From Takakia lepidozioides (Eukaryota > Plantae > Bryophyta): DNA of 64,000 nucleotides. The stretch spans positions 54,002,001 through 54,066,000 of the forward strand of contig CM060731.1 in assembly GCA_030704615.1 (NCBI GenBank), written 5' to 3'. The translations under genes were made by a program, and so were the position numbers. Position 1 is the stretch's first letter. Every line of letters begins with the position of its first letter. The notes under the pieces are model-generated. The model saw only the letters and a program-made list of their open reading frames with translations, ran no database searches and had not been told where the DNA came from. This document shows, piece after piece, positions 13,451-27,116 of the stretch.

Positions 13451-14950
13451 ACTTCCCGCGATCATTGAATGCGAGGTTTTGTTGATGCAGGAGGAGCATT
13501 TGCTGCAGTGCTCACTAGTTCGCCTAACTATATTTAGAACATTTTTGGAAAATGTGCCTAAAACCTGGAAAAACTCCTGAGAAGTGCCTAATTGCTAAAA
13601 AATTGCTCAAAAATCCAAAATGTCCAAACATGTGGAAAAAATGCCTAAATTATTTTATTTAAAGTCCAAAAAATGGCAAAAATGCCTACAATTTAGATTT
13701 TCATGTCCATACAACTTCCAAATGGCCCTGCAACATCTCATCACCTACCTCATGTGAATCTTCTGATTCTAAGAGAAGGTTAAGGTCAGGAACATCATGA
13801 TCCTCGATATGCATGTTTGCAAGACATCAGCTAATGCACCACACTTCCATCAAGGTAGACATCAGGAACATCCTCCATGGCAAGATCTCCTTCCACTTGG
13901 GTGTTTGGGTTTGAAAACAAAGAAAATGTAAAATTGGCTCTCATTGCCTCACCTTGAAAGACATCTTCAAATGCTCGTAAAATTCCACAAGTCTCCAACT
14001 TGACAAAATCATCTCCCTTTGGCTCTTCACCTCCACCCAAGACTCATACAACCAACATTATGTGTTTTTAAAATAAAATAACCTCAATCATAGTTTTGAG
14101 GGAGGTCAAAAACAATTATCCAGGGTAGACTGAAATACATGCCTAATATTTGGAAATTACCTAGTTGAGGTGCCTAAATAATAAAAACGAATCTGCCTAA
14201 TAATATTCCATTTTTATTAATTATTACGCACGGAAGTGCCTAATAAGCTAGGTAAGTACGGTATAGCCAGTCATTTTGTTAGCTCACCGATAAGTAATGT
14301 AAACTACTTATTTAAGAGTTCGTTACAAGTTAGTTTCTCATCATATAGTTAGTTCCTAGTTAATTTATGGAAGACAATAGGAATAATGTAAGAACTTAAT
14401 GAACGCGTGTGATCTGATGGTACTTTTGACGGATTCCGGCAGCCTGGGCTCCTCCTGCGGGGCACCTGTCGAATCCTCGCCACCCCCTCTTACCTCGGTT
14501 ACACTATTAAATACTTCCGAATCCGAGTGGGCTGCAAGCTGTGGTGGCTACGGTGATGGTAAGGTGATAACGAGTTTGAGGGTTCGAGTTTGAGGGTTTG
14601 ACTCTTGATGGGCGGCTCCTGTAGTGTAACCCCGGTCAATGTAACCCTTCATTGGAGTAACCCTATGTAACCCCGGTTTCTCGTGTAACTCTAGTAGTTA
14701 GTCCATTTTATACTTCGCCAAATTTGGACTTGGTCAAATTTCGAGACCAAGTGTGAGTTACACTGAGTGGAGTTACACATCTCGTAGTGTAACCTAATGT
14801 AACCCCAAGTGGAGTTACACACTTAGTCGTGTAACCCTGACTGGACTTGACACTCCTTCAGTTCCATGTCACTCGCAAGAGAGGGTGGGGAAGATTTGAC
14901 ATGCTGGAAGCCGGCGTACCATCCTGTCATAGGTTGCACATGTGCATTAA

Positions 14951-16160
14951 CCCTTAAGTGTCAAAACTCATTTTCACCCTCTCATGGAAAAACATGACCC
15001 TGGCCCACAATTTTTTTTATCTTGAAAATCTCTGTGTCCCTGTAAAACTGACCTTTGGAATTACTTCCCACCTACCCCACCTCCTACCACAAAAAGTTTC
15101 ACCAAAATCCAACTGCCAGATCTGAAGATTATAAAGTGCAGAGTAGGGACAAAATAAATCTCCACTAAGAACTAGGTGCCAAAAAAAGCAGTTTTTTGCT
15201 CGTATTTGGGCAGTTTTAATTTTTCGAGTCTCAAGAATGTTGTTCCATACCTGATAACACACATCATCATAAATTTTCAGTTTGTTCTGAAATGTTCTCA
15301 AGTGAGCTCCTTTGTAGTGACAAATTGGGGGGTCAAAATATGCCATTTTCTTTGGGAGGCCAAAATCTCTTATGCAAAAAAATTCAACCGGTCAATCCCT
15401 AATCCCTCCCCTTGAAATGTCATGGGCTTCCATATGAAGTCCCCGAAAAACTTTGAGACCAATCAGCCAATGCACCGCATCCTTAGGTTCCCTGCCCAAG
15501 ACTTCAAATGGCACACCTATGTTATAGCCTGCAGGCCTAGGATATTTGGAGCCGTAGCCCAGAAGGGCACGGGGTTTGGGAGCTCCTCTGGCTTACCCGG
15601 CCCTGTTTTCATGGGGGGGCACTCCACCCCCAACCCTATCAAACCCCTTGCCTAGGTTTGGCCCACCCCTCATGGGAGATTTTCTCGAGCCGCGAGCTTT
15701 GCCGCCATAGCAGCTGCACTCCCTCCAGTCCGCCCTGCTATGAGCCCATCGTGTTGGCCGGAGCTGCTATCTCCGTCGATCTCAGGTTAGGGTGCAGGCC
15801 TGGGAATACCCAGACCTGCGCAGGCAGCCTTACCCGCCGGGCAATCAGTGGGTTTGGGGAAGCGTGCCGCCCATCCCTTTTTGGGGCCTAACCTGACCGC
15901 AGTTGCCATGTCAGCAACTTGGGCAGGTTAGGGTTGCCAAAATGGCCTCAAAAGCTGAGTTGGCCCCCTTCCAATTGGTCGAGATCCTTACCCCTTCCGG
16001 CATCGACCAATAGGCCAATGCCGTATGAAGGGGGACCCGATTATCTCTCGATTGAGCCCAAAAAAGGGCCAATCAGCCTTAATCAGCCTTAACCACAGGA
16101 AGTTATGGCTGGTTAAAGAAACCTAACCAACCCAAAACGGGTCGGTTTGACACTTATGGG
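14951..16160. mobile_element. Non-autonomous piggyBac-like element (1.21 kb)
   Basis: TTAA|CCCTTAAGTGTCAAA ... TTTGACACTTATGGG|TTAA: 14/15 TIR match and TTAA on both sides. Confidence 0.75.
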
Positions 16161-17659
16161 TTAAGATTCCTATTATCTTCCTTAGTTTATTTATGATACA
16201 TATAGCCCACTCTTGGCATAATTGTCGAGCTCTCTCTTCACGTTTTGAATATGAATAAGGTAAGTTGGCAACAGGCGTCTATGACGGAACACCCCATTAA
16301 CGCTTCTGTTAGTACCTATGACCATGCAGTGCTGGTCCCAAGACTGTCCATTTTTGTCACTTGGCAAAACAATCATTTGATATAACCCCCCAAAAAGTGT
16401 GATCGGTCATAGGGCTCTTGGTGTATACAAGCATTCTGATTGGTTCGACTTTGAAACCCTACAACTTTGTGTAGGATTCATGAAATCAAATAGTTCCAAG
16501 TTTGTAGGTTGCCCCATATGTGGGACACCTTATGAAATTTACCTGAGGTAAAAATGACAAAAATTCACAGTTAGATTTTTCACCATCGTTATTTGAATGG
16601 TTATAGGCCAACATACCCTAGTTGCGCGTAGATCCCTGTTGCACATGTATGCAGTGAGAAGACGATGGACGGCCTAACAAAAGGAGCATAATAAGTTTTA
16701 TCGTAGTCAATCTCATGGTATTGAGGGAAGCCTTTAGCCACCACTAGTCGAGCTTTGAACCAGTCAATTGTGCCATCAATTGAGCTTAATATAAACTCGT
16801 TTACATTTGATAGTATGTCGTCCTTGCCGGTAGATCAACCAATCGCCAAGTTTCACTCTTTTGAAGTGATTCAAACTCTTGAGCCACAACCTATTTGCAG
16901 TCCGTGCTATGTTTGGATTGAATAGCCTCCAGATATCGTTTTGGCTCAATAGGGCTAAAATTCCATTGGAATGCCCCTCGTTTTTAAGATATTAAGGTCT
17001 TAACGGCGCACGCTCCAGGACCGTGGCGAGGCCCATGCACAGCCCATCGGCCATGCCCATTGACTCATCCGCTGCAATGTGTGGTCGCCAAGCCTACCCT
17101 CCGTCTGCTCTGCCTCGCATGTGGTCGTCAATCTCGTAATTGAGTTCCCCTACACGGCGTCTGCCGCAGGCTGCCCCAGTTCGTTACAGTCTGTTTAGGT
17201 CTGTTGCGCAATCCATTCCTTCCCTAGCATTTGGACAGTGCATCTAGAAGAGCACTGTCGTGTACATACGTTGCGTCCCTGCCACCACGCGTTTCTTCTT
17301 CAAGAAACGTAAAACATTATGTTGCTCTGCGACTTGTGCGTTGCAAGTTCTCAAGCGTGTCTTGTGTACTGTGAAGTTCATGGAAATAAAAGCAACATGC
17401 ATGCAATGAGATAAAACACACTGAAAGCCTGCTTATACGCTCTCTTTGCCAATGTTTGCACGTTGAATTCCCGGCAATAGTAAAACATACGGATAGTGCA
17501 GAAAATGCATCCCCACTTCCCAATGGCGTGATGGGCCTACACTTCAAAAAAATTGCATGCCCGGCAAAAAAACCTTTGTAAACTTGCTACTCTAGCGGAG
17601 GAATATAGAGGGCGCCGTATTTGACCTGCTAACTCATTGTTGGAGCATGGGCTCTGGAC

Positions 17660-17887
17660 CAACCAACGGGGAGAACCGGCAGCTAGTTACATGCTAGCCG
17701 ACTGATTCTGAGGATTTCCGAGTGAAAATTGAAACCTTCGGAAATTTACAGAGTATGTTCACATAGGAAATTGACTATTGCAGTTACCATTAAGGGGAAG
17801 CAACCGACTCCCCAACCCACTTAGCCGGTTGGTTCTCAGAATGAGGGGCCATTGGCTGGTTCAACTGAAATTATTTCCCGGACGCTG
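17660..17887. mobile_element. Short (228 bp) relative of the hAT MITE family
   Basis: Shares both terminal regions with the ~810-bp MITE, 8-bp TSD CTCTGGAC. Confidence 0.88.
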
Positions 17888-18514
17888 CTCTGGACACCAA
17901 AGTGGTACCGGCCTCCAACATGTATCATGTGCACATTGAGGAAGGTCAAAAAGTAAAGACAATGCATTAGTGAGTGCAAGGTTGGTACTATGCAATATTA
18001 ATCCCACAAGTCCATGGATTCAAATTTATCATACCTTGTGATGATTTGCTCCAAATGTTGGGTCTCATGCAACAATGCATAAATGGCTTAGTTCTAACAT
18101 TCCCTACCGTTGCCACTCATTCTGGATCCCAATCTCCATCATAATGCTTGAATGTTGGCGCCAAGGTCTCGGGACCTTCAAACGATTCTAACAATTGATG
18201 CTTGTAGGACTCTCTATATTTTGACTTCTTTCTCTTTGGGCCTTTGTTGTTCGAGCTCCTACAACAAGTCATCTATGCTTCACTTTCGAATCCCCACAAT
18301 CGCTTTGTTGGTGCGCTTACCATTGCATTATTCTGATTTGTGCCACATATTATGCTTTCATGGTTCCACAACTCCATGGATATTGACTATATATTTCATG
18401 TCTAGGTATCAATGTTGCAATGGTAAATAATGACTAACAATATAATTTGCAAGGATGGTGCACATAATATTGGTCAAGACTGTGTTTTCACTAGGAACCT
18501 TTGGTACTCGTAAA

Positions 18515-19157
18515 GACCCGAGCAAGAATTTTTAGTTAGAGAGGATGGCGCCTTACACGGACGAATTTTCACGCCAAGTGAGCATGGCACCTTATGCTGC
18601 GTAAGGTTCCTCCTCTCCTTGAGAGGAAGGCACCTTACATCGCGTAAGGTTCCTGCTCTTGTGAGCCGCCCGATTTAGATGATCCCAGCCGTCGATGGTA
18701 AAGGAAATCCTTTAGGCCGGGTAAGGTACCCTATACCAAGTTGCACTTTCATGTGACCATGAACCCAAAACTGAGTAGGATACTCATCCAAACTCTCATC
18801 TCCAAGCACAAAGTCTACCAATCTATCCCTAGGTATGTAGGCCATTTGATTAGTCATTCACGCTCCCATTTCCCCATATTGCGTTTCAGTTTTCAATGGA
18901 GGTTTTTGTTGTTGAACAACCATCCCTTTGATGTTTTACATTGCATAAAGAGCCCGACATGGATGGCTCGGATTAAAATCTAATGGACGGTTTAGATTAG
19001 TATAGATTGGAGGCAGAACCTTAAGCACGGGCGGAAGGTTCTCTTGTCAAGGGAGAGGAACCTTGCGTTTGAAGGGCACCATCCTACACCAACCAAGAAA
19101 AACTCCATTTCCTGATTAGGTGCCATCCTTCAACACTAGGAAAATTGTGGCGGGTCA
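18515..19157. mobile_element. Probable old MITE
   Basis: Degenerate inverted ends GACCCG..GGATGGCGCC / GGTGCCATCC..CGGGTC with repeated AAGGTTCC/GGAACCTT motifs. No clear TSD. Confidence 0.4.
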
Positions 19158-20328
19158 TAAAGCACTTTGAATTTTTTCTCTTTGTTATTATCTGCTCCTT
19201 GTATAGCATTTTAGCGCGCTTGGCCAGGGCAGTGCATTACACGCCGGTGTAATGCCCTGGTACGCAAGGGCGGTGCATTACACTCCATACATTTCTTTGT
19301 TGCATGTGCTTTATGCAGGGGAAGCCCCCGAGTGGAGGGCATTCCTCGATATTTGGGCATTCCCTGGGGCTCCCGCCCTTGGGCCAGTGCCCTTATATCG
19401 AGGAATGCCACCTTCCCCTATACTTTCCCACCTTATTATCAGCACTCAAAACTTCACGTGGAATTGTGCTTATGTACTAGGTACGGAGGAATGTATCAGC
19501 ATTTGCTTGTGCGGCCTTTGCATGCGGGCTTTTCTTAACCCCTAAGGGCCCGCCATTGGGCAATTTCAGCCCCCAGAAAAGTAACATTTGAGGCTACACA
19601 CCTACGATATTAGATCCAAGATTTGAACCTTATCATATTCACCTTGCCTACCATGAACATCCGCCCAGCAAATTGGGGAGAAATTCACCACACGACCACA
19701 AACTTTTTAGTGTTTTAGGGAGATTTTCGTGTTTTTGGATTTTGCAAAGTATGAAACTTGAGCTTTGACGAAGCTCTTTGAGTGACAAAATGACTTTTCC
19801 CGCTCCTACCTCCCACAGAAATGTGGTATGATATCCTAAGTACTGTACAACTTTCAAGTAAAAACAGCCTTTTTCATTATTAGGTCCTTTGTATTTGCTT
19901 ATGTGGGGGGTTCCAAATGATCTCCACAGCTTAGCAAATCAAGGTCAGCCCATGCAAAAATTAACTCTTTTGTTAGATATCTCAATCCCCTTGGTGAGGG
20001 TCTGGAATACATTATCCCCATAGTGAGTCTGGTAAAAACAAACTGTGAATAGACAGCCAACCTTCTTGCATGCTGACCCACACGTTTTCTAGAATGTGAT
20101 AATTCATGAAAAATTGTTAACGTGAGAGGGGGGGCCACGAATTAACTGCAGTTAAAATATATTAACATCTACAAAAAGTACAAACCTGAAACGGTCTTGT
20201 GGGCCCTTGAGAAGTCAGTGACTCCCCAATGCCTCCAACTTACCATCTGAAGATAAAGTGGGCTCTGGCGGTGGGGTCAATCTTGTTATCACGAGATTTC
20301 GTTTTTGATCAGTGATCGAGATGTCACC

Positions 20329-20650
20329 TAGGGAATTCCAAAAAGGCCTTGATGTGAAATGCAGCGCAATTCACTTGATCAGATGCCAATTCAATTGAAC
20401 TAACCCTAATTTGCAATTCAATTGAATTGCTGACTGCAATCAATTGAATTGTAATCTATAATTTTTAACGCAGTTTTGTATATAATATATATAATATATT
20501 ATCATGTATATGTATATGTATATGTATCATATACACATATGCATACGAGAGTATAAGCTGAATATACATGTTGGCCCGTCTATTCCTGCTGCCCGTCCAT
20601 CCTTTGCTTGTGGTAAGGCCTAAGTCACGTAGCCTAAAGGAGAGATATAT
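20329..20650 (+). repeat. Left TIR of giant transposon
   Basis: Near-identical reverse complement of ~39431-39767. Confidence 0.92.
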
Positions 20651-20654
20651 AATA

Positions 20655-20916
20655 CACATATATACTAGTAGATGTATCGTCATTAGGTTGTAGCCCTGTT
20701 TGATATATCTACAGAGGTATAGTATTTCATTTTACAAGAAAAGTTGGCCAAATTAATCTATATTTATGCGGAGGTATCGTCATGAGACAGTAGCCCTGTT
20801 TAGTATACCACCAGAGGTATAGCGCCTGACTTACAAAGAAACCTGGTCAAATCAGCCTATATGCAGGTTGAGGTATCGTTATGAGGTAGTTGCCCTGTTT
20901 AGTATACCTACAGAGG
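20655..20916 (-). repeat. Inverted copy of ~2.5 units of the ~100-bp internal repeat
   Basis: Nearly identical reverse complement of ~35695-35955. Confidence 0.85.
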
Positions 20917-21952
20917 GACTGGCAACGTACGCATTCTTATCTCTGTTTTTATCCCAGTCCTCGCTTGTTAGATTCTACAGCTATTCATCGCGTAGCACTT
21001 GGCTACATGATTGTCTATTGTTTCTAGTTTACTCAATAAGAAAAGTGGGATAGAAATGTCAAGTGAGTTTTTCATGGTACGTGTCATGGTTGGGTGGACA
21101 GGAAGAGGCCAAGGAAGAGGCAGCAGCAGAGCTGACACATTTGGTAAGGCAACCGTGTCCATCCTGAGTATGAAGGATGCTGCACCCTCGGAAATACAAG
21201 ATGCTTCAAGTAAGTTCAAAGAGCTTTCTTCTCTTTCTGGTGTGCTGGATATGTATGCGGAGGACAATTAATATCACCTTAGGTGCCAAGGGAGAAACAA
21301 ACAACCAGACCCTATTTCATTTCATTTCTCTCTCTCTCTCTCTCTCTCTCGTGTTTCTCCCTATCCTCTAGGAAGCCTATTGACATTGGGTGGACTTGAA
21401 ACGGGAGTACATTAATGTCTCTGTCACTAAATGCCGGCCTTCTGACCTCGTGTCCTTGTTTGTTTCGACCTTAAGCGTTTTGCTTCAGGTAAGGTAGTGC
21501 ATTGGATTTAGTTGGAAAGCTTGGGGACTTTCCCTCTTTAGAATATGCCTACACGGGCCATTCCCTGCAACTCCCTGGAGTGTGATCTCTGAATGGTAAC
21601 AAGCGGACTCCTACCGCTTGGGGGCAGCCCCTCCGCCCAAATTGGGCAGTCGTATGCTCTGTCTAGCATACTCGGCACTTGGGCTCGGGTTGGTTCATGT
21701 GCTTAAACTTATGGCCTGCGAAAACAATCAAAAATTTAGCTCCTATCAACATCAACACTCCTCAGGGTGATCCCTGGGAATTGATTACTTATGCCAAATC
21801 TAGGGCTTCATGTGTAGTTTTTGGGGTGAATCCCAAGATGGACGATGTGTCCTTTAAAACTACATGCTCTACCTTAGGCTTGGATTTCATGGTTAATGGT
21901 ACCATCTCGAGACTTGATAACAGGGGTACGTTGAAGGTTGCAATGACCAAAA

Positions 21953-24886
21953 GTGCTTCTAATAGAGTCCCGCATCAATTCAATCTCAAATAAGTTCGTC
22001 CGTGATTTCTTGTTTGACAATTGTGAAATTATCAACAAGGGTTTGAGGTACGAGCATAGTATCTGGCTAAAACTGAATTTGAAGGGCGGCATGAGTACTC
22101 TGCTGGACCTCTTTGTCCGTTGTGTTTACATGCCCACAGAGGGGACCCTGTGTGCTGACGCAGACAAGGCCTCACAAGTTTTGAAGCTGGACTGTGCTTC
22201 GTTCCTTGCCAAAGGTCAGGTGGTACTATTGGGGGACTTCAATGCCTGGGTGGGCAAAGGGATCCATCAAGACGATATCATTGGACCTTTTGGTGAGGAC
22301 GAGCTGAATTCTAATGGCAGACGGTTAATTAACTGTCTAGAAGAGCTTCAGTTTTTGACCTTGAATAACAGGACAAGAGGTGACCAAGTGCAGTGGACTC
22401 GTGAGAAACCCCAAACTGGGGAACGTTCCATTGTGGACTATATCATAATGGACAAAATTTTGTTCCCCCAGTGTGCCGATGTGTTGATCGACAGAATTGA
22501 TATTGGTACCTCTGACCACTTGCTGGTTTGGACTGACATCAAAAGGTGTTTTCCCAACACCAAGAGATCTGTGAAACGTTCGATTCGGAGGTGGCGCATA
22601 GAAAAATTCCACAATGAGGAGGTCAAGGCTGAGTACGTCCAGGCCTTGCAAGAGGCTCTCCCTCATTTTGTCCAATCGCTCCAAGAACTTCAGTCACGCT
22701 CTGTTAACGCAATAAATGAAGCCGAAAGAGCAGTGGACTCTTGGGAGAGTTTCGTTTCCTCCGTGGCTGACAAGATCATTGGGAGGAAACTAATTGTCTG
22801 CGGTAGAGCAGTTAATTGGTGGACTAATGAGATTAAATTCAAGATAGCTAAGAGACGAGCCCTCTATAAACAGTGCTGCAATTTGGAAACCAACAGAGAA
22901 TTGTGGGCGAGGTACTACCAGCTCCGTAAAGATATCAATCAGCTTGTTAGGTCTCAGAAAAAATTATACTGGGACAAGTTATACAGTGAAATAAACTCAA
23001 ACCACCATGGTGGTAATGACAAGAAATTCTGCTTGGCCCTTCAACGTTTGTACAAACCGAAAAACGGTCAGCAAGTACAAGCGCTGAAGACTACTAAAGG
23101 TGCAGTGGTGACTTCATCGGTTGACATTGTCAAAACCTTTGAAACTCACTACAGTATCCTTGGCAGAACTTCTTGGTATAACAGTGAGGGGTCTTCTGCT
23201 GAATGGAGGGACACAGTTGGAAAAACTGTTCCTATGATTCAAAACAGCCTTGATGAACTGGAGTATATTTCAATGGCTTATAATGCTCCCATTAGTTCTT
23301 CTGAGATTCTCGAAGCAATTGAACATTTAAATGGAGGTAAAGCTCCTGGACCAGATGGTATTGTCAACGAGCTTATCAAGCACAGTGGCGATCCCATGAT
23401 AGAGGCCCTACTTCTCCTCTTTAACCTTCTCTGGAAGACTGAAATGATCCCCTTTCGCTGGCGACAGGGGGTCATTGTCAATCTATACAAGAAGGGTGAC
23501 AGAGAAGAACCGGGGAACTACCGTGGCATCACGCTCCTCAATGTTGTTGGCAAGACATTCTGCTTATTTATAAGCACTCGTCTCGAGGTTGATCTGGAGT
23601 CTACAGGTTGTTTCCACGAAGGCCAAGCTGGCTTTCGGCGAAACAGGGGCTGTGTGGATCATATCTTCACTCTAAGCCAGATTATCCAGGGAAGGAAAAA
23701 GAAGGGAAACCCACTTATGTCTTTTTCCTGGATGTCAAAAAGGCTTATGACACAGTGTGGAGAGATGGCCTATGGTTCCGCCTCTGGTCTTGTGGGATCA
23801 AGGGAAAGATGTGGAGACTTGTCCACAACTTGTATGCTCACACCAAAAGCTGTGTCACTGTTAACGGACAGAAGTCCAACTTCTTTGACTTGACCAAGGT
23901 GTAGCTCAAGGATGTACTCTCTCCCCTCTGCTCTTCAATGTTTTCATCAATCAACTCCTCGAGGATGTGGAAAGTGAGGGATTTGGGTTAAGGGTGGGTG
24001 ATACCACCATACCAGCCCTTATGTTTGCGGATGACTTCGCAGGCATAGGGGAGACTCCAACCAATCTCCAGGAGTTGATTGATTGCGCGAAGACATACTT
24101 TGATCTTTGGGGGCTAGAGGCTAATGTCAGCAAATGTGCAGTGGTAGCATTCAACGACAGAGGAGAGGGAGGAAGTGATCTTAAGTGGCAGTGGGGTAGC
24201 CAAGAGATCCCGGTCCTCCCTTCCTACACTTACCTGGGCGTTGAGTTCTCCTCCAATTGTAATTGGGATGCACATATCTGGAAAGTTGTTCAAACTGGCA
24301 AGGGCAAAGCACTGGGGCTCACTAAAATTTTCCACTGCAGAGGGGTCAACTCTGAGGTTAAGAAAACCATGCTTTGTCGCGTTATTAGACCTGCCTTGGA
24401 GTACGGATCTGCTATATGGGTTGATAACTCCAACCAGGCTAAGTCTCTAGAATCCATTCAAGTGGGGGTGCTTAAGGAGTGTATGTCAGCATGCTCCAAA
24501 ACAGCCAATGTGGCTGTTCGGGGTGAGTTTGGCATTCCGTCCTTCAGCTCCCGACGACATGAATTCAAGGTCAGATGGTGGGGTCAGCTGCAACATATGC
24601 CCAACACCAGATATCCTAAATTAATCGACTCTATATCTTGGAAACAGGACCGCCCTGTCAAACAGGCTAAGTCCTGGCAGAAGAGAGTACAAGAGATCCT
24701 CAAGGACCTGGACCTGTATCCACAAGGCTTGACCCTGCTGGATAAGTCTGACTTAGAGGCTCTAGTGTCCTCAACCATGTCTGTTGCCATGAGATTGTCT
24801 GATGAAAATGAAGTTAGGCAGAAAACTTCCCTGAACTTGTTTCCAGTCTGTGACATGGGGGAGGACATGTTGGATGACCTCAAGGA
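21953..24886 (+). pseudogene. LINE ORF2 (APE endonuclease + RT), frameshifted and 3'-truncated
   Basis: LGDFNA, SIVDYI, SDH, KAPGPDG, YRGITLL, QAGFR, DVKKAYD, GVAQG, FADD. Frameshifts near 23700 and 23895. Same family as 55052-57700. Confidence 0.9.
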
Positions 24887-25551
24887 TAAGAGTAGGTGTG
24901 AAAGTTACTTGACAAGCTTTTGTGCAAATTGTAACAATAGTCAGGGTTTACTGTGGGTACACGGAAGCTACATGCACCACTCGTGACAAGGTACATATCT
25001 AAATCAATCTGAGACATGCTTATTTCAGATGTGGTGCTCAACATGGTTAACAATGTTAGGAAATGAGTTTAGGGAGTTGGGCGGCTTCATTTTGTTTCTG
25101 CTGTCATTTCCATTGAAAGGGTGTGACTTGAACCTTGCTAGCCAGCAACATGTGTTTGCAGTGCTTGTATTCTTTGAAGATGTGAGCAAGAAGGCCCTAA
25201 CTGGTAAACTAGTCTGTGAGCAAAACACATGAAGAACAATTGGAGTGAAGGGGTTAGTGTTTGTGTCATGGCTCGTCTGTAATGCTTGGAATTAAGTTTA
25301 GGTTGATGGTCATTGTGACTGTTGAGTGTTTATTGTCTCCGCAATATTAGGTTGCTGGCCAATTTGCTAAAAAAAAGAGCCACATCTCAAGAGCTTGCAG
25401 GCAGCAGTAGACAACTTCATGGTGTGTTCTTTGCCCTATAACAACATTGTCTTTTTGTGAAGATAGGAATATGGGTCCAGTGCTACGAGCTCGGAGCACC
25501 GAGCTTTTCAAACAACATTGTTTTTTCCAGGAGACAGGAAGGTATCTAAAC

Positions 25552-26615
25552 ATGGGAAGATCCAACATAACAGGGAAGCGTATCAAAGTGAAGTCAAGAC
25601 GTCATGAAGCCCCTTCATCTTGCGTTGTGTCTGTTGTAGCAAACAGTGACGTCGTACCAACTCCTGTTACCTCGACAGAGCCGGCGCGTACAGGAGGAGG
25701 GCAAGGAGTGCTAGGAGGGCAAGGAAGTAAGTTCATGCTTATTAACAACTCTTGGGACTCCTAGGGGATTCCTAGTTTCAAGTACATTTTCATTCTTTTA
25801 TTGCTTGGATTGTATGCAACGTCTTTACTTCCACAGAGGTATTAAAAGGTGTCTTTTCTGTACAGAGGTATGTGCATTATGTGCAGGATAGGTGTAGTGC
25901 TAAAACACAGAAGTATAATAGATGCCTAGAGACAAATATCTTTACAAAGGTATCATCATGTAGGTGAATCTCCATTTCTAAAACCCTGGTATGCCTAATT
26001 TCACACATCCACTATCTATGTTATTTAGGTGGTTCGTTTGCACAAGAGGGGGTGCACTACAAACGGGAGAATGGACATTGGTTTTGTTTGATCTGCGGCG
26101 AAGGACCTTCCATGGGTTGGAAGGACAAACATAACTTCCAAAACCACCTTGTGGTAAAGTGTGGAGGTCCTCGCCTCCTTCCAGGTAAGCCTGGTCGCCC
26201 TACGGATGGGAAGAAGAGAAAACAAAATTACCATAGAACGAACATGAAGATCTATGGGGATGCAGATAAGAGAAAGAGGGTGTATGAGAACAAGGCGCGT
26301 TACAGGTTCAAATTGAAAGCGGAGCGACTGTGGGAAATGGCACAAGGTGGTTCTATGGCCATGGAAAGCAAGAGCAAGCGAGCACCATTGTTGGCAACAT
26401 TGTTCGATGAAGATGTGTACGACCACTTCGGGATTCGCAAATGGGGAAGGGGCGATTTATCAGCTAAGACCTTGGATGATATCGTGGGTGCGAATGCGAC
26501 TGGTAAGTGGGTGAGGAACAAACTTGCTCAGTACAAACCGATTAGGGGTTACAAGCAAGACTTGGCACGGATGAAAAGAATCTATAGGGATGGCAAGGAT
26601 TACTGGAAGATGTAG
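25552..26615 (+). CDS. Two-exon Zn-finger/AT-hook-like basic protein of unknown function (exons 25552-25726 and 26029-26615)
   Basis: Phase-compatible GT-AG intron. WFCLIC-x15-H-x4-C followed by KPGRP and K/R-rich stretches. Confidence 0.55.
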
Positions 26616-26996
26616 TTTTGAGACTTGTTTGTGTGTTTCTTCTTACTCTCTTTTTGACATTCTAGTTGCCTAAGAAAAGTGCCCAAATAATGGTACAAAG
26701 ATACGGACTACACTACTCCATTGTAGGGAGGCTATGTCGCTATTGTCCTACCTAGAGGAATGTGGTTTGCAGGCTGTGTAGGCGCCGGGTGGTTTTCCTA
26801 GCCTCAAGTATAGCTCCCAGGAACCTTTGCTAAATGGGTGCATACAACATAAAAGTTGTAGGCCGAGGCTATGTACATATTTTGAGGCTGTGGATACAGT
26901 GACTGCTTTAGGATTAAGCATGTAAATGGGTACATTGGGAGTCCAATTCACTTACTCTTTGGCCATGTTGCTGATCTGGTGCTTGTGCATTTGTAG

Positions 26997-27116
26997 GATT
27001 TTAAGCAGAAGTATCCAGACGTGATTGTGCCAAACCCACTAGAAGCCATTCAACAGCTGCGAAACAGGCAGTCGATGCTTCAGGATGTGGCCGATCTAGA
27101 CCTTTGTGACTATGTG
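26997..27116 (+). pseudogene. Isolated exon of an inositol-tetrakisphosphate 1-kinase (ITPK) gene
   Basis: After the acceptor TTGTAG the frame reads DFKQKYPDVIVPNPLEAIQQLRNRQSMLQDVADLDL, resembling plant ITPK HPEVTVLDPPDAIQHLHNRQSMLQDVADLNL. Confidence 0.75.

Noticed and set aside
11205-14260. TGCCTA-rich MITE-like fragments (~11205-11420, ~13505-13720, ~14130-14260)
   Set aside because: Probably TE remnants, but ends and TSDs could not be defined
16949-19573. Possible larger TE with GGGCT(A/G)AAATT ends, and a Harbinger-like MITE at ~17005-17652
   Set aside because: Inverted matches are short and imperfect, with no TSD
23690-23720. Programmed frameshift in the LINE RT
   Set aside because: The second copy has the intact A6 run here and a different indel nearby, so these are independent mutations
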